This document shows positions 1-14,280 of a stretch of DNA of 64,000 nt, piece by piece (the first letter of the stretch is position 1; each line of letters opens with the position of its first letter). The notes beneath the pieces are model-generated. The model saw only the letters and a list, made by a program, of their open reading frames with translations, was not told the origin of the DNA and ran no database searches. Made by a program: the position numbers and the translations under genes. This DNA comes from Octopus vulgaris (lineage: Eukaryota): positions 1,736,001 through 1,800,000 of the forward strand of contig OX597830.1 of NCBI GenBank assembly GCA_951406725.2, given 5' to 3'.

Positions 1-427
1 CATTTTTGGACTTTCTTCTATGGAAGGCATTTTAACAAAAATGCTTCCGTAAAGACGGTGAAAATATTGTCAATTTCCCCAAACAGGGACACAATTCAAT
101 TTTTAAACAATAACCAAAGCCCCTTCTCCGAAAGGGGGAGGGTTATGGTTTACAATTATTTAACAAATGCAACACAACAACGTTTCCCTGACGAGGAACC
201 AACAAACGTGATTACAATAGTCAAACAGTAATAATAATAACAACAAACCTTTTTAATTTATCGCCATTTATGTGAAACCACTTCTTCAAGTTCAAGTCAT
301 TGATGCAATTTTATACGAATTGCTAATACACACACACACATAATAAGGGTGAAAACTTGAATATTAATTTGATTAATAAGAATTGAAAACCAGTGGTGTA
401 GCATAAAATACCATAGCGGATCTTCCT

Positions 428-766
428 CTAGCAAAAACGATGACCAGTATTAATGGCTCATCCCTGTTATATAATACTTTCACTTTAATAGTTTCACACT
501 TGCAAAGAGAAAGTAGGAGAAAGTGTGGTGGTAATAGCAGGAGTAAACCACTTGTAATGAGAGATGCAAATCGTAAAATATTCAGTTTTCTCAAATTTTT
601 GCTTAATTGGGGGTCAAATTGAAAAAAACTTTACATGCCATGATCCAATCGAATCTACTTGGAAAAATCATAGGTAAATTCCAATTGAAGAAATTCTATA
701 TTGTAGAATTGTATTAAAAAGAAACATGGGAACAGGCAGAGAAAATCTGCCTTTTATCATAAGAGA
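428..766 (-). mobile_element. Possible non-autonomous Helitron-like element (5' end at 766; left boundary uncertain)
   Basis: Minus strand starts A|TCTCTTATGATAAAAGGCAGATTTTCTCTGCC, an A|TC start with a GGCAGA/TCTGCC hairpin, resembling invertebrate Helitron-N 5' ends. There is a CTAG at 428-431 but no clear 3' hairpin. Confidence 0.35.
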
Positions 767-1723
767 TAATGCGATGTGAAGGAATTTCGTTGCAACTTCT
801 AGCTTGTCGAGTGAGGGCGACGCTGATACAAAATATATGTAATTCATTTAGTTGAGCTCTCCTGCTTCTGGCGGCCGCCTCCGCCATCTTTCCATACGGC
901 GCATTATTAGTTCATCACACAATAACCTCATAGTTGAAGAAATCTTATTACTCTACTAACACCTGCAACTGTCACCAACCTCATACTTTATTCCCCAACA
1001 AATACAAGTAGCAGTGAACTGTTGTGTCGATAATTTACTTCTGCTAAATTTATGCTGCACGTGTATGCCATATGTTAAAACTTCTAACGGTATTTATGAA
1101 TATTTCATATATGGATTTTCATTAGAATTTATTCTAGTTTCGCTGATTCGAATCATTTATCTTGCCTTTATTATGACTTTATGTCATTAATGTTTCATTA
1201 TGAAATTATTTAGTACAGAATACACTCTACAGAAGCTACACTATTAAAAAAAAGAAATGACAAGAAACTAATTTCGAACGACTGAAGTTTGTGAATAGCC
1301 GAAATAAATATAAAGTTGTTAGTAAAACTAATATGATTATAAGTTTTTATTCGTAGATATGTGTGAGGTTTAAGAGGGAATGTTTGTATCACGGATATCT
1401 TGACATGACATTAAAATTATTTTCTACCACTTTATGTCAATATTACGGCGATAATAGTGATGGCCATCTATCCTCTTTTAAGTTGCTCTTCTTTACAATT
1501 GAAAGCTGAAATATGTTGTTGGATGCTGTATGAAGCCTGCAGCACTGCCATCAAAACTCACCGAGCTGCTGAATTTAACTGGAAGCCATAGTTGCAAGGG
1601 GAAACCTAAATACACCCAAAGACCGAAATAACAGTTAATAAATTTCTTTGGATTGTGTGACATTAAGAAACGAAGACAATGAGTGAAGAGAATGCTACAC
1701 CACTCATTGACATGCATATGCAC

Positions 1724-1764
1724 GTGTGTGTGTGTGTGTGTGTGTGTTGTGTTTGTGTTTTCTG

Positions 1765-1820
<56 letters not shown>
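1724..1820. repeat. (TG)n microsatellite, interrupted
   Basis: Direct reading. Confidence 0.95.
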
Positions 1821-1822
<2 letters not shown>

Positions 1823-2874
1823 AAGAATCAGAGATCTAATTCTCTGCAACAAAGCCACGGAGAATTTACTAATTTACACTTTTATCTGTATCAGCATGGA
1901 ACATACCAGTTAAGTTGATGTACTATAGTTTAAATCTGTCTGCATTTTAGAAGCAGAAGTTTCGTACCAAGCCATTCCTATATTTCTAATGATTAAGACT
2001 GCTGAATCTGTCAAATATTTAATCAACAGTTATCTACTTCAAAAATTCCTTTATGCCTTTTATAATATCCCTCTGCATATTAACCCTTTACCCACTATTG
2101 CTTTACTTTTAACCTCCTTCAAACCAATACGGTAGCCAAACAACATTCGATTGCCGCTAGCTCTCTGCACACAGCTTGGCGTCTATACGAGACATTTATA
2201 TCTTCATAAAGATCTGAAAAGTGTTAAAAATATGACGATTTAGTTTCCCCTCAACAAAACAAAGACACGTCAACTTGTGAGGGAAATTTTACTGCCTTAC
2301 ACTTTCCTTTCACTTAAACAACATATAACTAAAACAACTGCACCAGGCCGACAAGGGGAGCCTCTGTGAGGGCTTGCGAGACATTGGAGCCAAATCTCCC
2401 TCAAATCACGACTCATCGTTTTAAAACACTGACTTATTGGATGAATTGATACTACAGATATTAAGTGTGACCAATAGGCAGGATGGTCATACCTGAAGTG
2501 TCTTTTAATCATAGGTGTACCAAATTACAGCTTACACACGTCTAAACAATAATGCAAACTTGTTAAAATTGCTTCATCTCACAGCATCCCATGACATCTC
2601 ATTGTCTTCACAGATGGATATCTTTAACAAAGCAGGCTTCTTCATAGTCGAACGATATACTCTTCGTAACGACCACGAAATATTTCACATAACTGGGTAG
2701 AAGTGGGGAGGAGTCATAGGTGCTGCTCTGCTCATACATATAACACTTTATTCAAAAGAAAGCTACTCAACACTTTGACCTTCTCTTTCTCTCCCTCATA
2801 TACCTTTAAACAACTGACTCTGAATTGAGACATACTTCTCCCATACTTACTTCCATTATACATAAAGTACCTCT

Positions 2875-2935
2875 TTCTTCTTCTTCTTCTTCTTCTTCTT
2901 CTTCTTCTTCTTCTTCTTCTTCTTCTTCTTCTTCT
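2875..2935. repeat. (TTC)n microsatellite
   Basis: About 20 perfect TTC units. Confidence 0.97.
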
Positions 2936-5900
2936 ATCGTATATTTCTTTTATATATCCAAATATTGCACTAAATATTTTCTCAGTCTTTCCTGTCTAGA
3001 ATCACACTTTTCTAGGGTTTTCTCCTGGCCTGTGTTTTTACTGCAGGCCAAAAGGTGTTCAAACTGGATGCTATCTACATCAGTTCATCAGGCTATATAA
3101 ACAATCAGAGATTTTAAGCTCCTCCTCTGCCTCATCTCCTCTGCCTCGTCTCCTCTGCCTCCTCCTCCTGCTTCTACTCCTTCTCATCCTCTTCCATTCC
3201 CATCTATTCCTCGTTCATTGAAATATGAGAGGATTCAGGACGCGTAGAAAATACATTATGCATTAGACTAAATCTCATACTATTTGAATTACTGCCATTG
3301 TGCGTATTTGCTGCATCGAGTTTCCCCCCTCCCCTTCTTATACCCGACCAGTGTACGAAAAGAAAATAACTGCCTCACTGATTGTTATTTACAAGAAGCT
3401 TAATTCTCGGAGGATTTGAGGAAGTTAATATTTAACGTGAAGCAGATTTTTCAAAGATCTTCAGCCACACAGAAACTCAGTAAACCAATATCATTGCTCG
3501 TGAAACTACTGAAGCATTAGGACCCTGTGTTATTTACAGCAAATAAAAATAATGTCCCATTAAATAGATCTTATCATTCAATGAATCATCTATCAAAATC
3601 ACGTTGTTTTCAAAACTCCTCTTCACATCTTAATACGTTCTGCTATGATCAAGAAAATGACAAGTAAATTAGACGAGATAAAAGGTTTGAAGGATTAACT
3701 GTTCTGGTGGTTTAGTTCTGAGACTGTTGCGATATTCAAATATTTTCTCTTTTATGTTGAAGTTCTTCAATATCAAAATACAGCTGTGTCAGAACTTTTA
3801 TGTTATTTGTAATTCTCTCTGGAGAATTTTGTTTTGAAAACATGGACTCTTTACTCAGTTATAAAAAGACTGTGATCAGACAGAGCAGTGTTTATTTAGT
3901 TTTGATGGCAATTTGTGAAAATGGAATTTGCTGTTATAAGTTTATGGTGAATCAATCTGATGGACAGATATAAGTGTTTGTAATTTGGTGCAGAACAAAT
4001 ATCTCAAGGGATTTACTTCCTAACGAACTGATTATACATTTTTCTTGCCAATGGTTGTATCATTCGCAGATATACAATAGTAAGAGATTTTTACATGCAC
4101 ATACATAGACATATATAGTTATTAAATTAAACACACATACACACGCACACACGCGCCCACACATACGTGCACACACACGCATATATACACATATACATTT
4201 ACTAACTGAAACACACCCACCCATATATATGTATATTTAAACTAAGTTAGACCTAACTCCATATACATTTCTACATCTTATCGACATTCTAAGCTTATGT
4301 TACAACAGAGCTCGATTCATGAAATAGATGTTAATGGGCTGTTAATTATTTAATTATTCTACAAACAGCTTACTCTATATGAACTGATATTAAAATGGAT
4401 AACAGCATGATACTCAGACATTCATATCTCAAAGTTTCATATGTGGCATACGCATTCATCAGTGAAGTTACAAAAGCTTATATTTATTATGTATTTCTTC
4501 TGTGTTTACTATGAGGTTATATTATTGCATAGTACATGATAGAATCGTCATGTCTTATTAAAAGAATTCTATATAAGAAACATAATCATATAAATGTAAT
4601 TCATCGTAATATAGTATTGTGTATTTCGCATAAAGAAAGTAGCTGGAAAATAAATACGCACACACCTCATTTCTTGGATAATAACTGTAGATGAAATATA
4701 AATGTGAAGTGTTTTACTTGTTAAGAAGGAGTTACCTATGACAGATAAATGTCTCGATAAGTGTTAATATCTTGAGCATTTACACTCAATAGAATGAAGT
4801 TTCGTTTGCAATGAATTAAATTGCGTCTTACAAAGCTCGTTTCCTGAGATTAAACTCTGGGATTTGCTACATTAAATGAAATTCCTAATTCTCAAAGCGC
4901 GCTGGAAGCTGTATATTGATGCAGCAACAAAAACGACAATAACACAATAAAATCTTACGCGATTACTTGGAGGACATCGTTCTACTAATGAACTCAAAAT
5001 CATCTGCAAACCAGCTAGGGACATCATCTATACAGCCACTTGTTCTAATAGTAATAGTAAAGAAATCTCTCTTAAATCACATTCTTCTTTCTTAAAATAA
5101 GAAGGTCACATTGAATATGCACCTCCAGAAAATAAATGAAGTGATCACAATTCATATGTGCTTAATAAGTTGGTCGAATTAGAGATGACCTGGCTATAAA
5201 CAAGAACAAAATCCTAAATTTATACCAGATAATATATGAAATGAGTTTATAGATCTAAGAAAGCGTTAATATAAAGCATAAAGAGCGACTATTAGCAGAA
5301 ACTGTCGATATATCTTTCTGCGTGTTGTTTAATAACTTCACAGGATTCAGCTGTTAACATTTCGATCCAGCTCGGTACAGCTTTATTGTGATTGTTTAGA
5401 AATCAAATGAAAACCAGTGTTGCTTTTCTTCTCATCCTTCGACATTTGAATATAGAGGCACCATTTATTTATTTATTTATTCTGAGCGTGTGGGATGTAA
5501 TAGCCGAGGCAAGTGCTGTCACATATTACTGCATCGGGTGCAATATTCAATATGCTGCGTGTAATGTGTGATATAATGATTGTATTGTCGTGTTGTTTGT
5601 GATATAATATTTATATTATATTATGTAATTTTTCTGTATTCTCTGTAATGTTACATTATTGTATTGTGCATAAAAGAATATTGATATTGTATTAAAAGAA
5701 ACCTATATTATATTTATGTTAACATTGCTGAAATAAATTCCTTTGTATTGATGATACATTTAAAATACATCATCTTCCCCAGCTGCGCGCGCACGCACAC
5801 ACACACACACACACACAAACAAACATACACAGAGAAAAAAAAAGAATCCTTACCACAATTATTTGTTGGTAAGCAAGTATAGTTGAAATCTATGTTTGTA

Positions 5901-7233
5901 TTAAAATGCTAGATTTTTTAACCATTGTTTGCTGCCTATTAAGAATTGCCTGCTAATATCTGTTTGTAATTTTCTCACATTTCTTTTCATTTCACATGTT
6001 ATCGAACATTTTCAAATATTAAATAAAACATTTTTATGGCTTCTTATAATCTATTCTATCTATGAATTCTTGATTATAAATTATTTTATTCTTTCTTTTT
6101 TATTGCCATTACTTCTGGTTTGTAAAATATCTATTCTCTTTAAAAATAATAGATGTTTCCTGTTCTCGCCAAACATCCTTCCTGTTCTGTTGCTATTAGC
6201 CATTGGGTATTGAACTTAATTCTTCAAATATTATTCCCCAAAGAAAGCTTATATCACAAAGAACAAGTAACAATAAAACATGGCTTTGCTCTCCTTTGTC
6301 ATATTATCTACTTCTATTAAATATTTTACAATGTTACATTAAGACTGGTTTTTTTGTATGTTTGTGTGTGTGTGTGTTTGTTTATATCATGATATTACTG
6401 CTATTTCAAATAGCTTTGAGACATTTTACCAGTGAACGTTATTGCTGCATATCGTTTGTTTTCTCTGATTCTTTCATGCAGCTAGTGGAGGATGCTTTCT
6501 TTTACTCAGTGAACTCTGCAGTAAGTTTTAGGTTTTATGTAATCAACTGTGAATACACACTTCATTTCAGTTTTGTCTCAGACTGGCTCAAAATATTTAA
6601 AAGTTAACATTAAAAAGAAACATTTACAAGCCTGTCTATCTAGTTATCATTTATTTTCCACACTTCGCATAATTTTCATTTTTATTGCCTTTTCCAGATG
6701 ATTTCCCAGTTTGCAATTTTTCTTTGAAATACATGTCCCACTTCGACATTATAGTGACGCTTTAGTGTTTTAGGAGCAGATTTTGTAGCCACAAACATTA
6801 AAATATGAAACAGATAAAAATGCATACATCAAATGTCATTGTTGGCGCTTTGTTGTGAGTTTATTGACCAAGACAAAATCGGTCGTATCAGGAATTAAAC
6901 TTGACAATGTCAGCCACCCAACTTCTACATCAAACAAAACACTCATTGCATCCCCAAGATATTATTTGATCCACCCCTTTACACTTTTTTCTCTACTTAG
7001 TCTTTTAACACAAGAAAGTTAAAAATTGAAATGAAAAGTAAACTAAAATAGGATCTGAATTATAAGTTTCTAATTTCGAAACCAACATTTCTGAGTCAAT
7101 CATTAATTATGAAATGCTTGTATAGACTAATTATATGATATCTCCAAATATTCCTTCAGAAAAAAAAAAAACCTCTTCAATAATGAGTTTTTGCTAAGAC
7201 TGAAACATGTTCTGCTAATCATGAGACATACTT

Positions 7234-7466
7234 ATTTCTTTATTACCCACAAGGGGCTAAACACAGAGGGGACAAACAAGGAAAGACAAAGGGATTAAGT
7301 CGATTACATCGACCCCAGTGCGTAACTGGTACTTAATTTATCGAACCCGAAAGGATGAAAGGCAAAGTCGACCACGGCGGAATTTGATCTCAGAACGTAA
7401 AGGCAGACGAAATACCGCTAAGCATTTCGATCGGCGTGCTAACGTTTCGGCCAGCTCGCCGCCTTC
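7234..7466 (-). mobile_element. tRNA-derived SINE family A (GGCGGCGAGCTGGC head), full length with TSD
   Basis: Minus: AAGGCGGCGAGCTGGC...GAGATCAAATTCC (box B-like)...GTCGACTTTGCCTTTCATCCTTTCGG..GATAAATTAAGTACCAG. 16-bp TSD ATCATGAGACATACTT at 7218-7233 and 7467-7482. Homologous copies elsewhere in the window. Confidence 0.92.
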
Positions 7467-9869
7467 ATCATGAGACATACTTCTCATTGTATGATACTGA
7501 TAACTGTTCTTTATCAGTGGTAATATTTGAGTTACCTCGCCAATTCCTTTTTATAAGAATCAACCAGTAATGGTTTTTCTACTGATTATGAGTGGATCTT
7601 AAGTAAATTTCTGGGTTCACAAATCCCTTCTAATTATTTTATTATTAATAGCAAAGATACCAACGGTTTCGTATCAGTGATTTTATGTTGCAATTTCTGT
7701 TGGGTCAGCGTAACACTTGCTTTTCAATTGTTATTGGACAGAGTTACTGTTCTTGATGTGGTTACTGTGATAGTAATTAATATTGTAGAGGTCGTCACCA
7801 TCGTCGTAATCGTCGTCTCCATTGTCATCACCATCACCATCATCATGTGTTATATTTTCCTCTCTCATAATATTATCTAGTCATGTTTTCACTTCTTATT
7901 TCACCGATGTCTGTGGATTTAGGATTCATTCAGCAAATTTAAATATTAGTGTTTCAAGCACCACTGCGTTCGCAGTCAACGGGAATTGTTTTTTGTAAAT
8001 TATAACTTGTAAATGTAAATTATTTCCAGAATACAAAATGCCTTGTAGTTGTGCTTGTCGCTTATTGTTTTGTTGTTGTTGTTGCTGTAGTAGTTATAGC
8101 TGTTGTTGTTGTTGTTGTCACAGATCATCCCTTGTTTAGTAAACTTACAATGAAAGTCATTCCATCCTTTTCTTCAACAGGGATCGCATTGACCAAAATG
8201 TCCTTCCTTTTATAAAATTCTGGGATGGAATATGCAACTGCTTTCCATTGTGTCTTGAAGAAGTAAAATTAATGCTTCCAGTGGGTGTTGAGGGGCGGGG
8301 TGATTTTCCATGTAAGTTGTCTTCTCATTCACCTCTGAAGGAAAAACTCTTTTTCATAAAACATTCGGTATCATTTCTTCCATACCAACACAACAACATG
8401 CTTCTTCCCTTTTTCTTTTCTGCTTTCCTTACAACATTCTTTGCCTTTATGTTTAAATCTTCATGTCTGCATACACTGCTCAGACAATATTTATCAAGAA
8501 TTTAGAACAGTTTATGACAGATGTGAAGACCAAGAACTTTTTTTTTTTCTTTTTGGGAGATTTTGTTTCTTTTGCCTGCTTTTCTTTTCTAAAATATTTC
8601 ATAGAACCTGATTAAATATTTCGAAAATACTTTCGTCAGCTGAATTAAATGTCTGAAAAATACCTCTGTTGACTGAGTGCTTAGGCTCCACTGGAGCCAT
8701 GATTGAGCGGGTATGGCAAGAATAGTGAATAATGATTTGAGGAAATAACACAAATATAAAATTGTATAGAGGAAATTATCAATGTGTTTGTCAAAGAGAA
8801 ACATATTTATTCCTGTAAGTGAATTAGAAAGAAGCAGAAGGGTGAGTGTGCTTTCGGGGTAAGGTTTATAATTGGAAGAAAAAGAGCTGGGTGGACAACG
8901 TTATCTTTCATTGGACATGATATTAAAGAAGATTCTTTGACAATGAGAAACCAATCAGCACTTAATGTAAATTTAATCGATGTGACGATGACCGCATCCA
9001 CACTCGCAGGCGCGCACCACCACACACACTCACACACATACATTCAAGAAGTACACTTAATACAGAATAAAATAAGTGGTAGGTAAAAGAACATAAACAG
9101 GGAGATTTGGTTGTGTGAGTGTGTGTGTGTTGTATGTGGGGGGCGTGTGTTTGTGTATGCCTCTGTGTGTGTGTGTGTGATGTGTAGGGTGCGTGTGTGT
9201 GTGTACGTATTATTCTACGAAATTGTCAAAACAGAAATACATTTATCATACTGAGATTTGTTATTTTATACAAATATTAGATTTGTTTTAATTCAACAAA
9301 AACAATTTTGTCTTTCGAAACAAAGTGAACTGTGTCTAATTTCTAGAAACTTTTTGGTATTTTTTTCTGAGATTTATTTATTTATTCAGATTTCAGTGAC
9401 CACACATTGTAATTCAGTCCATTGATAAACATTCTCCGTCTTTTGTATCTAATTTTTTACAACATCATTGCTTTGGTTTCAATTAAATTCAATTCTGTAA
9501 CTCGTCTTTCAGGACATTGATCACAAAAAAGATAGCTTTCACGATATTTTTTAATGAATATTAAAAGAATATTTCTTTCCTTTTCTCTTTTCGTTTTCTG
9601 CAATATTTAATGCGATTATCCTTTAATTATATCCTCCTCTTCAACTTCTATGTATCAGCTGTATTTTATTTAATTCTGTTAATATTTGGATTATGAGACT
9701 GGCATAGTGTTGGTTATGATACTCATGGACTTATCTAATTGTTAGCGTACAAGCAGTGTTTTATGTTGTTAATATTTATTTCTGTAAGCATTGTCTGTTA
9801 ATCCAGCCTGACTATTGAACGTGACGTCTAATTCTTGCGGTATTCATTCCTCGCTTCTTTCTTCTCTCG

Positions 9870-9944
9870 CACATACACACACACACAGCATACACTTACT
9901 CATACACCCACATGTATATGCGTTTGTATGTGTGTGTATGTTTG

Positions 9945-9988
<44 letters not shown>

Positions 9989-10064
9989 TGCAACATATAT
10001 ATTTATATATATGCGTATGAATATGTGTATGTATGCAAGTGTGTGTACGTGGGGGAATATAAAG

Positions 10065-10122
<58 letters not shown>

Positions 10123-10261
10123 ATGTGTATATGCATATGTGTATATTTGAATGACTTTATTATATTTTATATGTACGTGTATCTGCATATGAATGTATAT
10201 AAGTATATGTGGATATATCTACATATGAATGTGTATAAGCATATGCATGGATATACATTCA

Positions 10262-10326
<65 letters not shown>
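9870..10326. repeat. Compound (CA)/(TA)/(GA)/(TG) microsatellite field
   Basis: Direct reading. Confidence 0.9.
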
Positions 10327-10329
<3 letters not shown>

Positions 10330-10402
10330 AAAAGGAAAATGGAGAGTTCAAATTGACGTATGTTATTTTATTAACAAAATATTATATAATCATTACAATA
10401 AT

Positions 10403-10706
10403 TTAGCACATTCAGACTATCATCTCTTCGACCCCATGAAAGAGAGTTTGAGAGGCAAACCTTATTCCATTGACGAGGAAGTGAAAACTGTAATGAAGAA
10501 ATGGCTCCAAGAACAGTCAACAGAATTTTTACATGCTCTCTTTCAAAGGTGGATCATTGCTATTGAGAGAAACGGTGACTATGTTCAGAAGTAGGGATGT
10601 CATCCACAGAGGACCAGCTTCATTTTGATGTATGATACGTGTTCCTGTGTTGGTAATTATACCTGTCCTAAACAAAATAGCATTACTTTTTTTACTCACC
10701 TTCGTA
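10403..10706 (+). mobile_element. Mariner DNA transposon relic: transposase C-terminus plus right TIR
   Basis: 10403-10594 translates LAHSDYHLFDPMKESLRGKPYSIDEEVKTVMKKWLQEQSTEF...RW..AIERNGDYVQK*, matching the mariner (YSPD)LAPSDYHLF...GDYVEK end. Ends CATTACTTTTTTTACTCACCTTCG|TA, a mariner-type TIR plus TA. Confidence 0.9.
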
Positions 10707-10821
10707 GATTTGTATTGTTGTTCTTTGTGCCTACACGTTTTAGATCATATTTTTCCGTTTTCATATGTAGCCCTTAAAGAATTTCCTGTCTCTCTTCAAA
10801 ATGTTCTGTAATCTTTTATTA

Positions 10822-11208
10822 AGGAAGCACTCCGTCGGTTACGACGATGAGGGTTCCAGTTGATCCGAATCAACAGAACAGCCTGCTCGTAAAATTAACG
10901 TGTAAGTGACTGAGCACTCCACAGACACATGCACCCTTAACGTAGTTCTCGGGGATATTCAGCGTGACACAGAGAGTGACAAGGCCGGCCCCTTGAAATA
11001 CAGGTACAAACAGAAACAGGAAGTAAGAGTGAGAGAAAGTTGTAGTGAAAGAGTACAGCAGGGATCACCACCATCCCCTGCCGGAACCTTGTGGAGCTTT
11101 TAGGTGTTTTCGCTCAATAAACACTCACAACGCCCGGTCTGGGAATCGAAACCGCGATCCTATGACCACGAGTCCGCTGCCCTAACCACTGGGCCATTGC
11201 GCCTCCAC
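10822..11208 (-). mobile_element. tRNA-derived SINE family B, full length with TSD
   Basis: Minus head GTGGAGGCGCAATGGCCCAGTGGTTAGGGCAGCGGACTC...GGTTTCGATTCCC (boxes A and B). 13-bp TSD TAATCTTTTATTA at 10809-10821 and 11209-11221. Confidence 0.92.
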
Positions 11209-12433
11209 TAATCTTTTATTACACTTATAATCATAGGTAGCAACTTAATGTTTGGCTCACACAGTAGTTCTAATTTATGAAAACCTGCAATAATGTTTAT
11301 TAATCATTTCTAAAACTATTTATGTCATGTGCTACAGCTTTAATTGGATCTCTAATTGGATATTTAATTAAATATTTAGTTGTATTATGTATTTCTGTTA
11401 CTATAGTATTGCTACTAGAATAAACTAAATCTCTTGAGTATTCCCGTTCTGAATATATCAGATCTATTCTTGCCCTCCTTCACACTTGACATTCGGACCA
11501 ATATTCAGGTTTCTCTCTTTTCTATTATGTTCTTATCTTTATGAGATCCGGACACATGGGTTCAAAGATCTTTGTTACTACAGAAATCTAAGTATCTATT
11601 AACATGTAAGCGATTTTTATCAATGGTTTAACATATGGTTTTGTTCTCAATATTTAAGCCCGGAACGCGAAGTTTTACTGAGTTTGCGTCTCTCACCAAG
11701 ACCCCAGTTTCATGTTACTTTCCATGGTTGTATGGAAGAAATACGCTGAGTGTTGGGGGCCCGAAAAAGTGTTTTGCTCTTTCATTGAATAATTGTCATT
11801 TGGTTGATTCAGTGTCTGTGTTTCAGTATCAATGAGTTACTTTGTAAAGAACCATTTCCTTTAATTAACCCTTTGGTGGTTCGGTTCCTAATCAGCAAGG
11901 AAGATGACTAATCAAACAACTTTCTTATGTAAAGCTAATCCAGCGAGAGCACAGTCATTGTCTCTGTGAACAGCCATTCTTTGTTTTTCTAACGCAGACT
12001 TCAGCCCTTAAACAGCAACTTAATTGCTTCTAATAATATAGCTGGTTAAAGTAAATATAAATTTTGCCATATTTTACCACTGTATTTCTTCTTTTTCGAT
12101 GGCACCACCAATATAATTGGTACCATTACCTGGCGATAAAGTGTGTTAGTCTGCTCTCCCAAGTGGCGCACACATGTCTTGTAAAACAGGGTCGGGTGCA
12201 TCTAGCTGATAGCATTTCTACGAGATTTCTTTACGGACACCTTGCTTACGCATGTGTGTGTGTGTGTGTGTGTGTGTGCATGCGAGTGTGCACATTTCAA
12301 ATTCTTAATTCGTCCCTCCCTACATAGTATAACGTCGCTTTCTCTCCCTGTAGATTCTAACCGTATTTTCTCACTCCACACTGTCCTTCCACTTCTGTAT
12401 CTCTTTAAGCCTTTCCGGCACACGAAGAAAAGG

Positions 12434-12496
12434 CTACTACTACTACTACTACTACTACTACAACTACTACTACAACTACAACTACTACTACTACTA

Positions 12497-12545
<49 letters not shown>

Positions 12546-12555
12546 TAACAATAAC

Positions 12556-12597
<42 letters not shown>

Positions 12598-12632
12598 TAA
12601 AAAATAAAAAAAAATAATAATAATAATAATAT
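12434..12632. repeat. (CTA)n-(AAT)n compound trinucleotide microsatellite
   Basis: Direct reading. Confidence 0.95.
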
Positions 12633-13036
12633 TCATCAAAAGACTTAAATTGAAATTTGCAGTGACATCAATTTAGTTTTGGTGGGAGACAAGTGAGAAA
12701 CTGAAGAAACAACAACAAGAAGATGAAGAAACTTTCTGAAATCAATTTTTCAATGACATTTTTCTGACTTTTAAAAGCATTTGACAACTTGTATAAGAAA
12801 GAATTAATGAGAAATCTGAAAGGAAATATAACAGATTTCTAAAATAGAAAATGTATTTTGACGAAATCCACAGCCAACGTTCAAAGAACACAGCTTTTTG
12901 ATGAAATTATCAACACAAGTGTGTACGTAGCTTTTCTATATATAGATGCATCGATTGTTGATTTTATGGAATCCCCGTCCACCTCTCCTTCCCTTTCTCT
13001 CTCTCTCTCTCTTACACTTTCATTCACTTTGTACTT

Positions 13037-13066
13037 ATATATATACGTGTGTGTGTGTGTATATAA

Positions 13067-13105
<39 letters not shown>

Positions 13106-13150
13106 ATGTGTGTATGTGTATATATGTATATTAATATATATCTGTGTATG

Positions 13151-13181
<31 letters not shown>

Positions 13182-13544
13182 ACATATATATATAATATAT
13201 GTATACATATATATGTATGCGTATATATGTGTGTATATTAGAAGAAATGAGGTTCTCAGAAAATGTGTGTATATATATATATATAGTGTGTGTATGTATG
13301 CACACATATCATACACACTCAAACATGGTTATATTTATAATCGTAGATACATAAATTGATAGGTAGATAAATATACACAGATATGTGTGTATATATATAT
13401 ATATGCAGAGAGAGAGAGAGAGAAAGAAAGAGAGAGAGAGATTGATAGATAGATAGATAGATAGATATGAACATAGATGCTTATCTCTACATATACTCAT
13501 ATATTTTACACACATCCTTCTATGTGTGTATGTATGCGACATGC

Positions 13545-13582
<38 letters not shown>

Positions 13583-13628
13583 GCCTACACACACACACGT
13601 GTGTGTGTGCGTATACACATACGTATGT
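13037..13628. repeat. Compound (TA)/(TG)/(GA)/(GATA) microsatellite field
   Basis: Direct reading. Confidence 0.85.
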
Positions 13629-14280
13629 ACTGAATTGTTGTAAGTCTTGAAATATTGACAAAGACAGAAAGCAAACATGGCATTCTATTTTGTACATCAC
13701 AATTCTAAAAATAGTCAGCCATTTTCACTGAAATTGCTTTATGTGCACAAGTGTAGGCGCTATCTGAAGCAGCGTCACTTTTCATTTTCGGCAGAGCTGT
13801 CTTGTTGCTGATTAAACCAACGTCCATCAACTCTGTCACGTTTCTCCCATGTCATCACATATTCTTTCCGGTGAGTTTTCTTCTCAGCGTAACAACTGCA
13901 CTGATAATCCCGTATTTTTTTATAATGCAAAAATCTTCTTTTAAAAGCCACAACTGAACGTCAAGCGTTCTTTATACTGAACTATTTCTTATTCCCCCAT
14001 TTTACTGTATCTTTGTACCAGCAGATTGCGTTCATTTTTGTTTTGTTCCTGTGGTTGCTTTTAATGAGTGCTAATTTTCGTCAGCACTCACTAGAATATT
14101 GAGGATTACGGCAAAAATATTCTTTCTCAATATGCATAACCAAGTTCCTCCTGAAATTTCAAATGTGCCTGGAATTTACAACCTACATCGGATTCATACC
14201 AAGTTCCGTTCATCGATGGGGCTCAATCTCCAAGAACAGAATCAGCTATAAGGCAGATAGGTTTTGAAATTATTTTATGT

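Noticed and set aside
8610-8645. Minus CTGACGA...GAAAT-ATT hammerhead-like core
   Set aside because: No stem I, poor stem II, not near a TA tract; likely chance.
11130-11208. tRNA-like sequence with A and B boxes
   Set aside because: It is the head of a SINE, with body and TSD; no proper acceptor stem.
14064-14090. GAGTGCT/AGCACTC hairpin containing CTGACGA on minus
   Set aside because: No stem II or separate GAAA; just a small hairpin.
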